Positions 12,773-27,600 of a stretch of DNA of 64,000 nucleotides are shown here, in pieces. Source of the DNA: Azolla caroliniana. Its lineage: Eukaryota > Plantae > Polypodiophyta. Location: positions 9,362,001-9,426,000 of the forward strand of contig JBHGNT010000021.1 of NCBI GenBank assembly GCA_043228905.1, read 5' to 3'. Numbering within the stretch: position 1 is the stretch's first letter; each line of letters starts with the position of its first letter. Position numbers and translations under genes: made by a program. The notes beneath the pieces are model-generated. The model worked only from the letters and a program-made list of their open reading frames with translations, was not told where the DNA came from and did not search any database.

Positions 12773-12775
<3 letters not shown>
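11155..12775 (+). mobile_element. 5'-truncated RTEX-like LINE, family 1 copy a, inside the Copia A 5' LTR
   Basis: RT motifs CFVDFKKAFDMV, GVKxGCPISP, LLYADD; C-terminal RLSSHALRCETGRW; 3' hairpin aggtcatatttgacct; (ATCT)n tail; (CT)n on both sides. Confidence 0.88.
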
Positions 12776-12803
<28 letters not shown>

Positions 12804-12898
12804 ATGTATCTCCATTCTCTACGTATACCTAACTGTTGTTGTTCGGATAATAGACTATACTCGGTGTGTCACATATGCTTTCGCACATATCTTTTTTA

Positions 12899-12910
12899 TG
12901 GTATCAAAGC
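12899..12910 (+). promoter_or_regulatory. Primer binding site (tRNA-iMet type) of Copia A
   Basis: tggtatcaaagc (canonical tggtatcagagc) directly after the LTR end. Confidence 0.85.
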
Positions 12911-12990
12911 GCGAGGGTTGAGAATCCTCTACAACCGACCGAAAAGCAAAGACCACACATAGATTTTCCTTCTTTCGGAACAACATGAAC

Positions 12991-15900
12991 ATGGACAAAG
13001 GTATGGGAAGTTCACTTTTGACGGAAAAGCTTGATAGGAGCAACCCCACATCTTGGTCGTACAAGATGCACTAGTACTTGCTTGGGCATGGATACTGAAA
13101 CTACGTGGAAGGAGAGAATGAAGCAGCATCGGATATGACACACAGGGACCTTCCAACCAAGGAGTACGTGGCAAGCAGAGTAATGTACTACTGCGCGTCC
13201 AATGTCGGAGATGAGCTACTCAGCTACATCCGGGATGCCAAGATGCCAAAAGATGTGTGGGAGAATCTCAAAAGGATTTTCGCCGCCAGCACAACGACCA
13301 AGAAACTACAACTCAAGCATGAGTTCAACAATGTTTGGTAGAAAGATCTGTCTATGGCCGATTACACAACCCGAATCAAGGAGGTTTGTGATTCTCTCGC
13401 CTCCGTCAATGTAACCATTGAGGAGGACGAAATGGTGCAGGTTTGCCTAGGTGGGTTGGCGTCTATGTCCGAGCGTTCCGAACAACGGTCTGCACGAGGG
13501 AGAGTACGCCTTCATTTTTCGAGCTACAATCGATGTTGCTCATTGAAGAAAACCACATGTGTGCATCGATGAGAACGCACGCCAACAACAAGATGTTGTA
13601 CATAGAGGTGGATCGGCCCCGTGGTCATGGTGGATGAGGCGGGTCAATATGCAATGGAGGCGGTTGACAAGTGTTGAATCAGAGGCATAACGGAAATACC
13701 AATAGCAGTTCCGGACCCTTCATGAGCAGGGGGAGTTAGGTTGTGCTGGAAGCCGGCAAGGGAAGGCCGCAATAGACTGCTGGTACTATTGCCGGAAGGG
13801 CCACATAGAGAGCAAGTGTTGGAAAAAGCACTCCGATTCGGACAAAGCCGGATCGAGCCAGGGTGATGCAGATAGGCTCACCGATCGCGCTACACCGAAA
13901 AAGGAGATCGAGCTAAAAGGGGCCCCACACTAATGATGAAGCACAAGGCAAACCAAATGGGTGTACGTACCACGAAGCCGGAGGAGGTCTGTTACGTAGA
14001 TTCCGAAGAGTCAAATCATATGACAAACCATGTCGAATGGTTCTCAAGCTTGGAAAAACCGGAACAATTGGGAATTGTCGAGACCGACGACAATACCGTA
14101 CGCCCCATCAAACATGTGTGATGTATTGCTCAACCATGTCGGACAAAAGGGAGCGATGCGGAGTGTGTTGCATGTCCCGATAATTGCAAAGAACTTGGTA
14201 TCTATCGAACAGATTGTTGACCAGGGCATGTAGGTCTGATTCAATCACCACGACTGCTTCATTGAGAATAAGGGCCGATTGATCGCCCGTGGGCATAGAG
14301 ATTGGAGGATGTTCATCCTCGAGACAAATGATGTCAACGTCGCAATGTTTGCGAAAGGACAGAAGGTCGAATCCGACATGGATCTTTAGCACAAGCGGAT
14401 CGGCCACATCAATTTTCGAAATCTTCAAGAACTGTAATCGGAACAAGTAGTATCTGGACTGCCGAAGTTCAGCGGCTGGAAAGGCCAAGTAAGTGAAGCT
14501 TGCCAGCTTGGGAAGCAACATAGGCTTTTGTTCCCAAATGAGAAGAATTGGAACCGGAATCGGCTTGATATAATCCACATGGATGTATGGGGACCGACAA
14601 GTTGCGTGAGCATGGGTGGGAGCCGATACTTTGCCTCCTTCATCGACGACTTCAACCGACACACTTGGGTATACCTCATTGAGAAGAAGAGCGAAGTCTT
14701 CTCCTATTTCCGGGACTTGAAAACTCTAGTAGAAAGGGAAATAGAGAGGAAGATCAAGTGGCTGCAGTCGGATGGCAGAAAAGAATACTTTTCCGGCCAC
14801 TTCACGAGCTATCTACAGACCAAGGGAAACCGGAGGGAGTTCTCCTGTAGAGCCAGAGCAGAATGATGTGGCCAATAGACGGAACCAGACACTAGTCGAA
14901 GCATCCAAGGCGATGCTAGAGGAGAAGAGCATGTCCAAACTCTATTGGGCCTAAGTGATCCGGACGACTGTTTACATTCAAAATCGGATTTCTACCTCCG
15001 GAGCAAAGGTGTCGCCGCACGAGCTCTACTTCGGGCGAAAGCTGAATTTGGCACACCTAAGGGTGTTTGGTAGCATTGCATATGTGCATATATCGGACAA
15101 GAGATGGAAGAAGTTGGATGCCAAGGCCGAGAAGTGCATCTTGGTGGGCTACTCACACGAGTAGGAGTACAAGTGCTATAATCACCAGACAAAGCAAGTG
15201 TGGGTGAACCACGATGTCTTCTTTGACGAATCAACGTCGTTGTATTCCCTTCCGTCTCCGACCCCTGAAGACTCCAAGCCGATTGAGGGAGTAGAGGCCA
15301 GTGCGGCTGGCGCTCTGAATGAGGAAGACATCGGAGCTCTAGAAGAGAGTCTAATCTCATTCCGGCTAAGCGGGCCGAATGAGAGACCAAGTCAAACAAT
15401 CAGTTGGATGATGAGTCGACGAGTAGTGGAGACTTGACCGTGTAGTACCCGCTCCAGAAGTCGAGGAGATGGTTTATGTGCAAGGAGAAGGAGAAGATGA
15501 AGATGAAGATGCCGGAGTATGGCACAAAGGTTGGCACATTGAACCGGAGTGAATACGAAGTGGCCATGAGCGAAGATGAACCTTCGGAGATGAGGTCTAA
15601 TGCAGCCAAAAGGGCCATAAAATCGTCCAACCAAAAGTTGCGCCGATCCACTCGCCAAAAGAACCCAATCATTCGGTATGGGTACAATGACTATATGGCA
15701 TATCATTATGCATATATGGTGAAGGTGGTGGAAGTGCTTGAGCCAGAGAGCTACATAGAGGCGGCGAAGGACGCGAATTGGCATGCTGGCATGGAGGAAG
15801 AGATGCAGGCATTGGTGGAGAATGAGACCTAGGACCTGGTTGTCATCCCCAAGGGTGTGAAGTTGATCGGGTGCAGGTGGGTGTACAAAAAGTACAAACC

Positions 15901-17522
15901 GACAGCTCCGTCAACTGATACAAGGCTCGACTAGTGGCCAAGGGCTACGTGCAGCAACACGACATCGATTACGATGAGGCGTTTGCATTGGTCGCGAAGA
16001 TGACGGCCGTCCGTGTCTTGCTAGTGGTAGCCATGGAAAAAGGGTGGCATCTACATCAGATGGATGTAAAGAATGCACTCCTGCAAGGCGAGCTTGAGGA
16101 ACAAGTGTACATAGTACAACCCCTCGTATTTCTATATGAATTGAACACATCGACAGTTTTCCGACTGAAGAAGTTCCTCTATGGACTAAAGCAAGACCCG
16201 TGTGCTTGGAACACAAAGATTATGCAGAGGTTGCATTGGATGGGGTTTGCTATATCAAAATTAGACTCTTCACTTTTCATCCGGTAGGGTTGGAATGGGT
16301 CAGTTAGCATCCTACTTTATGTTGACGATTTGGTCATCGCCAACACCGACCTAGAGGAGATCGGCCATGTAAAGTCTCAGCTACCCGCATTATTCGACAT
16401 GGAGGATCTAGGGGACCTTCATTACTTCCTCGGGATCGAAGTGATCCACATCCCCGAAGGCATAATGATCAACCAACGACATGATGTGTTGAGTATGCTC
16501 TTCAAGTTCGGTATGATAGACTGCAAATTTGTCTCAACTCCTCTAGACTGAAACGTGAAGCTTTGCCAAGGTTCGGGAAAGGCGTGCGACCTGACATGGT
16601 TCCGATAGATAGTCAGAAGCCTTATATATTTGAAAATCACCCTCACCCGACCGAACTTCTGCTATCTGGTCAGTCTCATAAGTCAATTTATGTCACAACG
16701 GACGACTGACCACCTTAAGTGTGCACATCAAATTTTGCGATATATTAGTGGCACGAAGGACAAGGCATTGCTATATCGGGTAGGTGTAGTTGAACAACTA
16801 GTCGGCTACACAGATGCCGATTGGGCGGGAAATGCTGGCGATCGTCAATCGACTCCAGATACACTTTTTCCTTGGGAAATGCGGCGATTGCATGGAGTAG
16901 CAAGAAGTAGCCGATAGTAGCATTGTTGAGTATTGAGGCCGAATACTGAGGAGCGGTTGTCACGACTTGCAAAGCCATATGGCTCAAGAGGTTATTGAAC
17001 GATCTGCTTGTGGAGGTGTTCGAGTTGACAGTGATATACTACAACAACCTCAGAAGCATCCAACTAGCCAAGAACCCAGTCTTCTACGACCGGACAAAGC
17101 ACATTGAGGTGCACTATCATTTTGTCCGTGAGCGTGTTCTCTCTACTGAAATGGAACTCGTGTATGTTCCGACATATCAACAGGTTACCGATATCTTCAA
17201 CAAACCTCTTTGCCTGGACAAGTTGCGGCATTTTTTGAGCATGCTTGGTTTACAACAGCTCGACATGCCGAACTTGAGGGGGAGAACTAGCGAAAGAGAT
17301 GAATTCCGAAGAGACGAATTAGATGTGGAATTCGATTTTGGGACGACTAAAGAAGCCGAGCACAGATGCAGGCGGAGCAACCAAAAGAACAAGCCGAAGC
17401 CAACCGAACAAGGGGGAAATCAATTCGAAAAAGTCAAGGCAGGTGGCATAACCAATAAGGGTAGAGCCGACCTGAACAAGAAGGCCATGACCAGGACATG
17501 GGCAGATGTCGTCAAGGTCTAG
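12991..17522 (+). pseudogene. Copia A gag-pol, with frameshifts and stops
   Basis: Gag [50 protein letters not shown] and LYVDD, RH YTDADWAG and RTKHIEVHYHFVRE. Confidence 0.92.
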
Positions 17523-18099
17523 AAAGGAGGCAAATAAGAGACATCTTATTTGGACAAGAGAGAGAATGAATCAGAGACAACCGGTTTAATCAAGTGGTAT
17601 GATTCAGACGAGTTGAATTGCATGATGGCCAAGTGGACAAGAAGGCAGCCGAAGACGATGCCAAGATGGGAGATCTGACGGATCGAGGGGTGCCGAAGTA
17701 GCAACAGACAAGCCAAGCAAGTAGATCGAGGAGCGTTGGACCGGACAGGTCGAGGACTGCAAGCTAGGGGGCGTAATGTCACGGACACACAAGTTGCGGA
17801 CTTGGATAGAGCACGGAAGATGGGGTTACGAGCGTGGAACATAGGAAGCTAGGGTTAACTGGAGAGCATGAAGATAGAGATGAAGAAGGAGACAAGATGG
17901 AATGGAATGAAATGAGAATACTAATTGATGTGTCAATGACTGGCGTTGAATCCCCTGAAAGGGACCAAGGATGTTACAAGTATTTATACAAGTTCCGAGG
18001 TTATAGGTTTAATCGTCACTAACTACGTATTTGACGTCACTGTGTTGTGACATTATCCTCCCCTTTACGGTTGCCTTTTCGAAAGTGTGGTGTAGGGGT

Positions 18100-18643
18100 A
18101 GATGGGAATTGGAGCACTGATGGGCGTGAGGAACCATATGTTGTCCTCACCGGAGACGAGAACACCAACGTACGTGAGCGACTATGTGCGGCCCTCACCG
18201 GAGATTGGAACATTGACGGGCGTGAGCGATCATGTAGGGTCCTCACCGGAGATGAGAACCCTGACGGGTGTGAGCGACCATGTGTGGCCCTCACTGAAGA
18301 CTAGAACACCGACAAACGTGAGCGACCATGTGCGGTCCTCATCGGGAACTTGAACGGGCATGAGCGAACCATGTGGCCCTCATCGGGAACTGGAACACGA
18401 ATGGGAGTGAGAGACCATGTGGTCCTAACTGGGAACTCAAACATGAACGGGTGAGCGACCATGCAGACCTCAACGGGAACTCGAACACGAATGGACGTGA
18501 GCGACCATGTGGCCCTCATTGGGAACTCGAACACGAACGGGTGTGAGCGACCATGGGAGGCCCTCACCGGGAACGTGAATGGGCATGAGCGACCATCCGG
18601 TCCTCACCGGGAGTTGGAACACGAACGGGAGTGAGCGACCATA
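18100..18643. repeat. Tandem array of ~11-12 units of 40-48 bp in the 3' internal region of B
   Basis: cctcac anchor at 18145, 18193, 18241, 18289, 18337 (48-bp period), then 41, 46, 44, 46, 48 and 40-bp units. Confidence 0.9.
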
Positions 18644-21600
18644 TGTTCGGAATCAACCGGCCACAACCGGTTGCACGTTCGTATTCGTGTGCAGAAATCA
18701 AGAACTAGTACACAAATAGAAAACGTAAAGACACAGAGACAACAAATTTTTACGTGGAAAATCCGAAATCGGAAAAACCATGGGGGGACCACAAACCCTG
18801 AGAAATAGATCACTATAGTAGAGAGGAAATACAAATACGGAACTCAGAGGCAACGACCTCGAGTTCTCCTTCATCTGACAGACGGCTACAGAGTTACTCT
18901 CTCACTCACAGTTACAGAGGCAACTACCTTGTTCTAAATTTTCAACAATGATCAACTACACTCTTACTAAAGTTTTCCCTAGTTTCTTATAAACAAAGGA
19001 AACTTTCTGGCCATTTACAAGTATAGCCCACAAGGGCATTTTAGACTATTTACACTTATAGTCTTCTGAAACGATTTCGGTTTTCGATAACGATTTCGAT
19101 TTTGGTTTCGGCCGAGGCTGATACAATTATAGTCTTCCGAAACGATTTCGGTTTTTGATTACGATTTCTATTACGGTTTTGGCCTGCCTTAGCCGAGATA
19201 CTCGCCAACACGGTACTTTACTTCCCATCCAGAGAGACATGTTTCCCAACAAACTCCCCGTTCACTCTGGCATGGGGTACTTCACCAAACCAACTCTCTA
19301 TCGGCACACATTTAGCTTTTCGGCTGACAACACCTTCGTCAGCTTATCCGATCCATTTTTGGATGTGTGGATCTCACTAGAACAAACTCCTTTGCTTCTA
19401 CTTGCTCTCGGAACCAATGATATCTTCTCTGGATGTGTTTGGTTCTCGAGTGGTAGGCAACATTTTTTGCAAGGTGGATGGCACTCTGGTTATCGCAATG
19501 GAGTTGGAATTCTTCCTGCCGAATTCCCAGCTCATCGATAAACTCCTTCATCCATATGATTTCGTTGCTGGCTTCTACTGTGGCCATATATTTGGCTTCC
19601 GTGGTCAACAACGCCACAACCTTCTGTAGCTTCGACTGCCACAAAACAACTCCCCTTGCATAAGTCATTACGTATTCGGATGTGGATCGGTTGGTATCTA
19701 CATCAACTGACTTGTCCAAATCTGTGTAACCTTCCAATGTGGGGTTTCCTGACCCGAAACGAAGACACACGCTCACGGTGCCTCTCAAATACCGTAATAT
19801 CCACTTTATAACAACCCAATGCTCTCTCCCAGGATTGCTCATATATCGACTGATTACTCTGACAACGTATCCAATGTCCGGCCTAGTACAAACCATCGCA
19901 TACATCAGGCTTCCAACCATCAAGGAATAAGGAACCTTTGACATCTTGGCCTTCTCGGTTTTCAATTTCGGACATTGTTCTTTGCTTAGCTTGCAATTCA
20001 TCGGTAGTGTCGAGCCGACTGATTTCGCACTTTTCATGCTGAATCTCTGGAGCACTTTTGTCACGTACTTCTCTTGTGACAACCATAGCAATTTCTTTGT
20101 TCGGTCCCGAACAATATGCATAGCTAGGATTTGCTTTGCCAGACCCATATCCTTCATCGAGAACGACCCGCTCAAGGCATTCTTCAGTGCTCGGATCTTC
20201 ATATGGTTCCGTCCAACAATCAACATGTCGTTCACATACAACGAGATGATGAGAAAATCGCATATGTCGTATTTCTTCACAAATACGCAGTGATCGACAT
20301 GCGTTTTGTGGTACCCATTGTCAGTCATGAAGGATTCGAATTTTCGGTACCATCGTCGAGGTGCTTGCTTCAACCCGTATAAGCTCTTCCTTAATTGGCA
20401 TACTAGGTTCTCTTTACCTTTCTCCACGAATCCTTCTGGATGGTGCATGTATATCTCTTCCTCCAAATCTCCATGGAGGAAGGCAATCTTGACGTCTAGT
20501 TGTTCGACTTCGAGATCCATGCTAGCCGCGATGCTCAACACGGTTTGGATTGACGTCATCTTTACGACCGGGGCAAATATTTTATCGAATTCGACACCCT
20601 TTTTTTGTTGAAAGCCTTTCACGATGATTCGTGCTTTGTACCTGGGTGGATTCCCGCCATCTCCCGGTTTCAACTTGTATACCCATTTATTCCGAAGTGC
20701 CTTCTTTCCTCTCGGCAGTTCGGTCAATTCATATGTGTGGTTCTCATCCAAGGAATCCATTTCCTCTTGCATGGCACTCAACCACATTCGGCTGTGGATA
20801 TCTGAAAAAGATTATGTGCGGAAGCAATAGAAAACGAACACAGAAAACATGCAGGTTTAATGGAAAGCTTTACAATACGTGGGAGAGACAGAGAAAGAGC
20901 AGAACAACTTAATTCTATTACAAAACAATAATAGTTCTCTGTACATAAAACATGCTCAACAACACTATTTATACAAGTCCTAAGAGGACTGACAGAAGTA
21001 CCACGTACTTCAATGCTCACTCGAGCGTTTGAGACTAACTACGAGACTATTAACTACCTAATAGTCTAGGCTACTACTAGGCTTCCGATTACTGTTTGTT
21101 TCAGCTAACCGGCTCCCCAGCTCACTGGCTCGCCGATCCGTCCGATCCATCTCACTGATCCGGCTTCATCTTTCTGGATGCTGATCCGGCTCAGGCTTAT
21201 TCAACCGATCTGGATCCGGTTGAGCTTGCCGCTCGACACTCCCCCTCAAGCTCAACTTGCGGTCGGATCATAGTGTCAGTCTCCATGGCAGCCGGTCCTT
21301 CCACCCGGCTCCTTCTGGCGTCACTCCGCCTTGCTCACGCTCCTCGTCCGGTCCGGTCAGATTTGCTGCAACCCTTCTATTTCTGCGCATCTCGACCTCC
21401 TCGATCGCTTTGTCTGCTCAACAGGCCCAAATTAGCTCCCTCGCTGCTATGACTTCGACGCTTGTCGACCCATCGATTCCTTCGTGTTGGCGTTGACTTT
21501 TGCTGCCATCTCGTCCTCTTGGCCTTGAATTGATCCGGTTCTTTCGAATTCGTCTGTTGAACCGAATCGGCTGTCTCCGATTCGATCCAGCTCTTGTCTG

Positions 21601-24600
21601 AATCGGTCGCTCCCGATTCGTCTTCTAGTTCCAGGCCCTTCACCACATCGGACCATGTCCAGGTTTTGGCCTTCTTCTTCCGGTCGGCTATGTCCTTCTT
21701 GACTCTACCGCCGCTGCCGCTTGCTCCAACTTGTTCGGATGTGTCAACTTCCTTTGTCGACTCGGCTCCTTTCTTCTTTTTGTCTCCCCCTTTTTCAGTT
21801 CTTCCCTCACCGGCGCAATCGACAGTCTCTTGCCTTTGCCCGTTCCGGTGTCTTTACCCGCTCTCCCCCTCAAGTGTGGCACGTCGAGATGCTGAACACC
21901 AAGCATTTCGGTGAAGTGCTGCAACTTGTCCGATCCGAGCGGTTTGGTGAAGATGTCGGCAACTTGCCGATCCGTATGAACATACCGAAGTTTGACTTCA
22001 ACGCTCAGGACCCGCTCACGCACGAAGTGATAATGCACTTCTATGTGCTTTGTGCGAGCATGGAACACCGAGTTCTTGGCAAGCTGCATGCCGCTCATAT
22101 TGTCGTAGTTGATCAGGATCGGGGTCTGTACCTCTATCCGTAGGTCTTGCAGCAGTTGCCGAAGCCAAATGGCTTCACAGGTGGCGACGGTAGCGCCCCG
22201 ATACTCAGCCTCAGTGCTCAACAGAGCCACCGTTGGCTGCTTTTTGCTGCTCCACGTAACAACCGCGCTACCTAGGGAAAACATATAACCGGAAGTTGAT
22301 TGGTGATCTGATGCATCGCCGGCCCAGTTGGCATCCGTGTAATCGACTAGCTCTTCGGTTATACCTCGCTGGTATAACAGTCCCTGGTCCTTCGTGCCGC
22401 TCATATACAGCAGTATTTGGTGCATAAATTGGCTAATCACATCGACCGCCAGATAGCTAATGTCGGTCGAGTGACGGTCAAATGTATAAGGCTTCCGACA
22501 ATTTGTCAGAACCGTTTCTCATCGCAGGCTGGTCCGGAGTTGGGACAGAGCTTCTGGTTCCTGTCCAGGGGTGTGGAGATCAGTCAGCATTCCGTCATGC
22601 CGAACTTGTACAACATATTTAACACATAGTGTTGTTGTGAGAACAATATGCCGTTGGGTGTGTGGATCACCTCGATCCTGAGGAAATAGTGAAGATCCCC
22701 CAGATCCTTCATCTCAAATGCGTCCGACAGTTGGGACTTGACTCGACTGATTTCATCAAGTCTGGGTCCGGTGATGACCAGATCATCAACATACAACAAG
22801 ATGCAAATCGGACCATCCGAACCTTACCGGATGAACAGTGAAGAGTCGGATTTGGAGGCCACAAACCCCATCTTATGCAACCGGTGCGTGATCTTGGTAT
22901 TCCAAGCTCGGGGGGCTTGCTTCAGGCCATAAAGTGACTTCTTCAGCTGGCATACTGCTAACTTGTTCATCTCCGACTAAAAACTGAGGGGTTGGTTCAT
23001 AAAGACCTCTTCTTCAAGATTGCCTTGAAGAAATGCATTCTTCACGTCCATTTGGTGAAAATGCCACCCCCTTGCCATAGTAACGGCTAGCACCACACGA
23101 ACCGTCGTCATCTTCGCTACCGGAGCGAAGGTCTCGTCGTAATCGATTCCGTGGGTCTGCGGTATCCCTTCGCCACTAACCGGGCCTTGTACCGGTTAAC
23201 CGAACCATCGGCATTGTAGTTTATCTTGTACACCCACTTACATCCGATCGGTTTACAACGTCGGGGAGGGTCAACTAGGTCCCATGTGTCGTTGGCATCA
23301 AGTGCCCGCATCTCTTCCTCCATAGCGGCATGCCAATGTGCGTCCTTTGCTGCTTCTGCGTAGCTCTCCGGCTCAGACACTTCCGTTACCTTGGTCATGT
23401 ATGCATAGTGATGCGCCATGTACTCATTGTACCCGTACCGCGTCACGAGGTTCTTATGGCAGGAAGACCGACGTATCTTGGTATTACCAGGTTTGGGGCC
23501 CTTCTTGGCCAGGTCGAACTTCGTTCCCGAAGATCCGCCTTCATCTTTTCCAGAGTCTATTCACACCGATCTAACTCAATGTTGACGGTTTCGTATTCCG
23601 ACATCTTCTTCTTCCCCTTCTCTTTGCGTGTGAACCGTCTCCTCGGTTCCTTGCGCGGGGAGAGCACGGTAGAGTCTCCACTACTCGCCGGTTCCTCATC
23701 CGACTGGTCATCCCGACTCAGCCGCTCATTCGGTCCACTTAACCGAAATGAGATCGAACTCTCTTCTAGAGTGTCGACATCTTCATCTTCTAACTGGACC
23801 GGTTCAGGCTCACTAGCCTCATCGTCCGGTATCGGGTCGGGGTTAGAAGTCGGAGTGGTAAGGCATACCATGATGCCGTCTCATCAAAATCAACATCCTG
23901 GCTAACTCGGGCCTGCTTCGTCTGGGGGTTGTAACATTTATACCCCTTTTGCTCATGCGAGTAACCGACTAGGATGCATTTCTCCGACTTTGCATCCAAC
24001 TTCCTCCGCTTCTCATCCGCCACATGCACATATGCTATGTTGTCGAATATCCGAAGGTGTCGCAAATTCGGCTTTCGCCTGAAATACAGCTCATGCGCGG
24101 ACACCTTGTCACTGATTTGGTTTTGGATATAGACGACTGTCTGAACCGCCTCCACCTAGTAGAAATGGGGCATGCTCTTCTCTTCCAGCATTGCCCTTGC
24201 CGCGTCAATAAGCGACCAGTTCTTCCTCTCGGCTACTCCGTTCTATTCCGGTGTGTATCTGCAGCTGAACTCTTGCTGAATTCCTGTTTGCTGCAGATAA
24301 CTGTTGAATTGGTTGGAAAAATATTCTTTTCCTCCATCCGACCGCAGGCACTTGATCTTCCTCTCCGTTTCCCGTTCAACCAGGCTTTGCAGGTTCCGGA
24401 AACACTCGAAGACTTCGCTCTTCCGCTCAATGAGGTAGATCCATGTGTGCCGGATGTAGTCGTCGATGAAAGAGACGAAATATCGACTCCCACCAAGACT
24501 CACGTTCTGTGCTGGTCCCCATACATCCGAATGAATAAGGTCGAGCTTGTTATGGCTATGGTTTCGTTCGGTGGGGAATGGAAGCCGGTGTTGCTTCCCT

Positions 24601-27600
24601 AGCTGGCAGGCTTCACATATTTGGGCCTTCCGGCCACTGAACTTAGGCAAACCGAAAACAACTTGTTTTGCTTGCAGGTCTTGAAGCCTTCGGTAATTGA
24701 CGTGGCTGATCCGCTTGTGCCACAGGTCGATGTCCGATTCAACCTTCTGTCCTTTGGCGAACAAAGCGGTGCCGACGTCATTGGTGTCGAGGATGAACAT
24801 CCTCCTTTCTCTGCACCCTTGCGCGATAATTTGGCCCTCTTCCTCGATGAAGGACCCAAGGTGTGTAAACCGCACCTGCATTCCCTGGTCGACAATCTGT
24901 CCAACCGACACTAGGTTCTTCGTGATGGTCGGAACGTGTAATACGTTCATTAGCTTACCCCTTTGTCTGACGTGGCTCAAAGGGACTTCTTCGACATGCA
25001 CGATTGGGTGAGGAATGTCATCTCCGGTTTCAACGACTCCTTGTTGTTCTGGTTTCTCCAGGAAGGAGAACCACTCTTTGTGGCTCGTCATGTGATTCGA
25101 CGGACCGGAATCAACGTACCACACTTCCTCCAATTTGGAAGCGGTCTTCTTCATCGAGTTAGCCTTGTGTTTCATCACCAAGGCTGGCCCTTTACTGGCT
25201 TTTCCGGTTTTGGATCCTCCCGATCCTTTTGCATAGTGCGAGTATTGCTGGTTCTCTCTTCCGGTCTTGCCGAATCCAGATCTATCCGAATCGGTGCGCT
25301 TCTTCCAGCACTCGCTTTCTCTGTGGCCCTTTTTACCATAGTACCAACATTCTGTGTGTCGGCCTTTGCTTGCCGGTCTCCGGTGCCGCCTTGACTCCCC
25401 CTGCTTGTGAAGGGTCCAGAACTGCTGTTGGCATGTTCTCTATGCCTTTGGTCCTGCTCTTGCTGGCCACTACCATTGCGAGCCGACCTGCCTCGTCCAC
25501 CACGCCCACGGGGCCGATCTGCCTCTATGTACATCATCCGACTGTCGGTGGGTGCACTTGTTGACGCACCGGCGTGGTTCTCCTCTACAAGGAGCATCGA
25601 ACGTAAATCGAAAAATGATGACGTATTCTCCCTCGTATAGACCGCCATTCGGAAAGCTCCGAACTTAGACGCTAACCCTCCAAGGCACACTTGCACCATC
25701 TCGTCCTCCTCAACGTTCACATTGACGGAGGCGAGTGAGTCACAAATTTTCTTGATTCGGGTTGTGTAATCGGCCACAGACAGATTTTTCTGTCGGACAT
25801 TGCTGAGCTCCTGTCTAAGCTACAGCTTCCTGGCCGTTGTGCTTGCGGCAAAAAGCTTTTTGAGATTCTCCCACGCATCCTTTGGCGTCTTAGCATCCCG
25901 AATATAGCTCAATAGTTGGTCGCTCACATAGGATGCAAAGCAGTAGAGAACTTTGCTTGTCGCTTGTTCCCAAGCCGGAAAGTCTCTGTGTGTCGAATCG
26001 GGTGCTACATCATTAGCTCCTTCGACATAGCTCCAGTAACCGTGCCTGAGCAAGTACTGGTGCATCTTGTAGGACCAAGATGCATAGTTGTTTCTGTCGA
26101 GCTTCTCCGTCGGAAGCGAGCTAGCCATGCCTCTATCCATCGGTTTTACCTGTTCTTCTTGGTTAGTCTTCCTTTCAAGCTATGTCGGCTGTAGAGGTTC
26201 TCAACCCTCGCGCTCTAATACCATGAAAAAGATTATGTGCGGAAGCAATAGAAAAAGAACACAGAAAACATGCAGGTTTAATGGAAAGCTTTACAGTACG
26301 CGGGAGAGATAGAGAAAGAGTAGAACAACTTAATTCTATTACAAAACAATAATAGTTCTCTATACATAAAACGTGCTCAACAACACTATTTATAGAAGTC
26401 CTAAGAGGACTGACAGAAGTACCGCGTACTTCAATGCTCACTCGAGCGTCTGACACTAACTACGAGACTATTAACTACCTAGTAGTCTAGGCTACTACTA
26501 AGCTTCCGGTTACTGTTTGTTCCAGCTAACCGGTTCCCCAGCTCACCGGCTCGCCGATCCGTCCGATCCGTCTCACCGATCCGGCTCAGGCTTATGTAGC
26601 CGATCCGGATCCGGTTGAGCTTGCCGCTCAACAATACTGTGAACCACCATGCAACTTCGTATCCACATAGCATACGTCCGTATGCACGAGTTCCAGTGGC
26701 ATTTTCTTCCTCATCGGGGGCTTTGCTCGGAAGGATGTTCGATTCTGCTTGCCGGCCAAGGAATCGGTGCCCTTCTCAAGTTGCGCGTTCTTCAACTCCG
26801 GAATGAGGTTTTCCTCGGTAAGCTTTCGCATCCCCTTTTGGCTCATATGGAATAACCTCCTGTGCCAAAGTGCACCGACCGTGTCGGCTGCTACGTTTGT
26901 GTCCCCTCAACATATTCGAGCATTCATTGTGTACAGTGTGTTGGTCTTCCGAGCTTGAGCCACGATCAGGCTTCTACGACACAACTTCATGACACTGTTC
27001 CGGATACTACCCGTGTAGCCTTCATTATCTTGCTGAGCGACTGATATTAGGTTCAATCGAACCTCCAGAACGTGTGGTACATCTCTCAACACGAGTCTGC
27101 ACCCGGTTGACGTTTCCAGACACACATACCCAATGCCGACGATTCGGCATGCTCCATTTCCCATCTTTACAGATCCGAGATCTCCGCCTCTTTAGGATGA
27201 GAAGCACTTTTGGTCGGGGGTTAGGTGAAACGATGCACCCGAATCGACCACCCATGTCGATTCTTCGCCTGAGAGATTCACTTCATTTTGCTCACTAATT
27301 AGCAACAACTCCTCACTCGCGGCGATTGCTGAGGTGTTCTTTCTATCCTGGATTTTCTTCGGTTCTCCTGGATTTTCTCCTTTCGAAAGTGTCAGCAGTT
27401 TTTCTGGAAGTGCCCCGACTTCCCTCAATAGAAGCATGTGGGCTTCCCCCTCGACTTCGACCTGGTCCTCTACTTATCTTTGTTCTAGGGACATCGATTT
27501 CAGACTCTTCCCTGAATTGTGTCACCTTTCGTGACTAAGACCCTCTGTTCGGTATTGGACTCTCGGTCCTTCCGGCGAGCTTCTTCGTTTAGCAAGCTCG

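Noticed and set aside
18100-18643. CRISPR-like appearance of the 48-bp array
   Set aside because: Units are similar along their whole length with no unique spacers; eukaryotic TE context and no cas genes.
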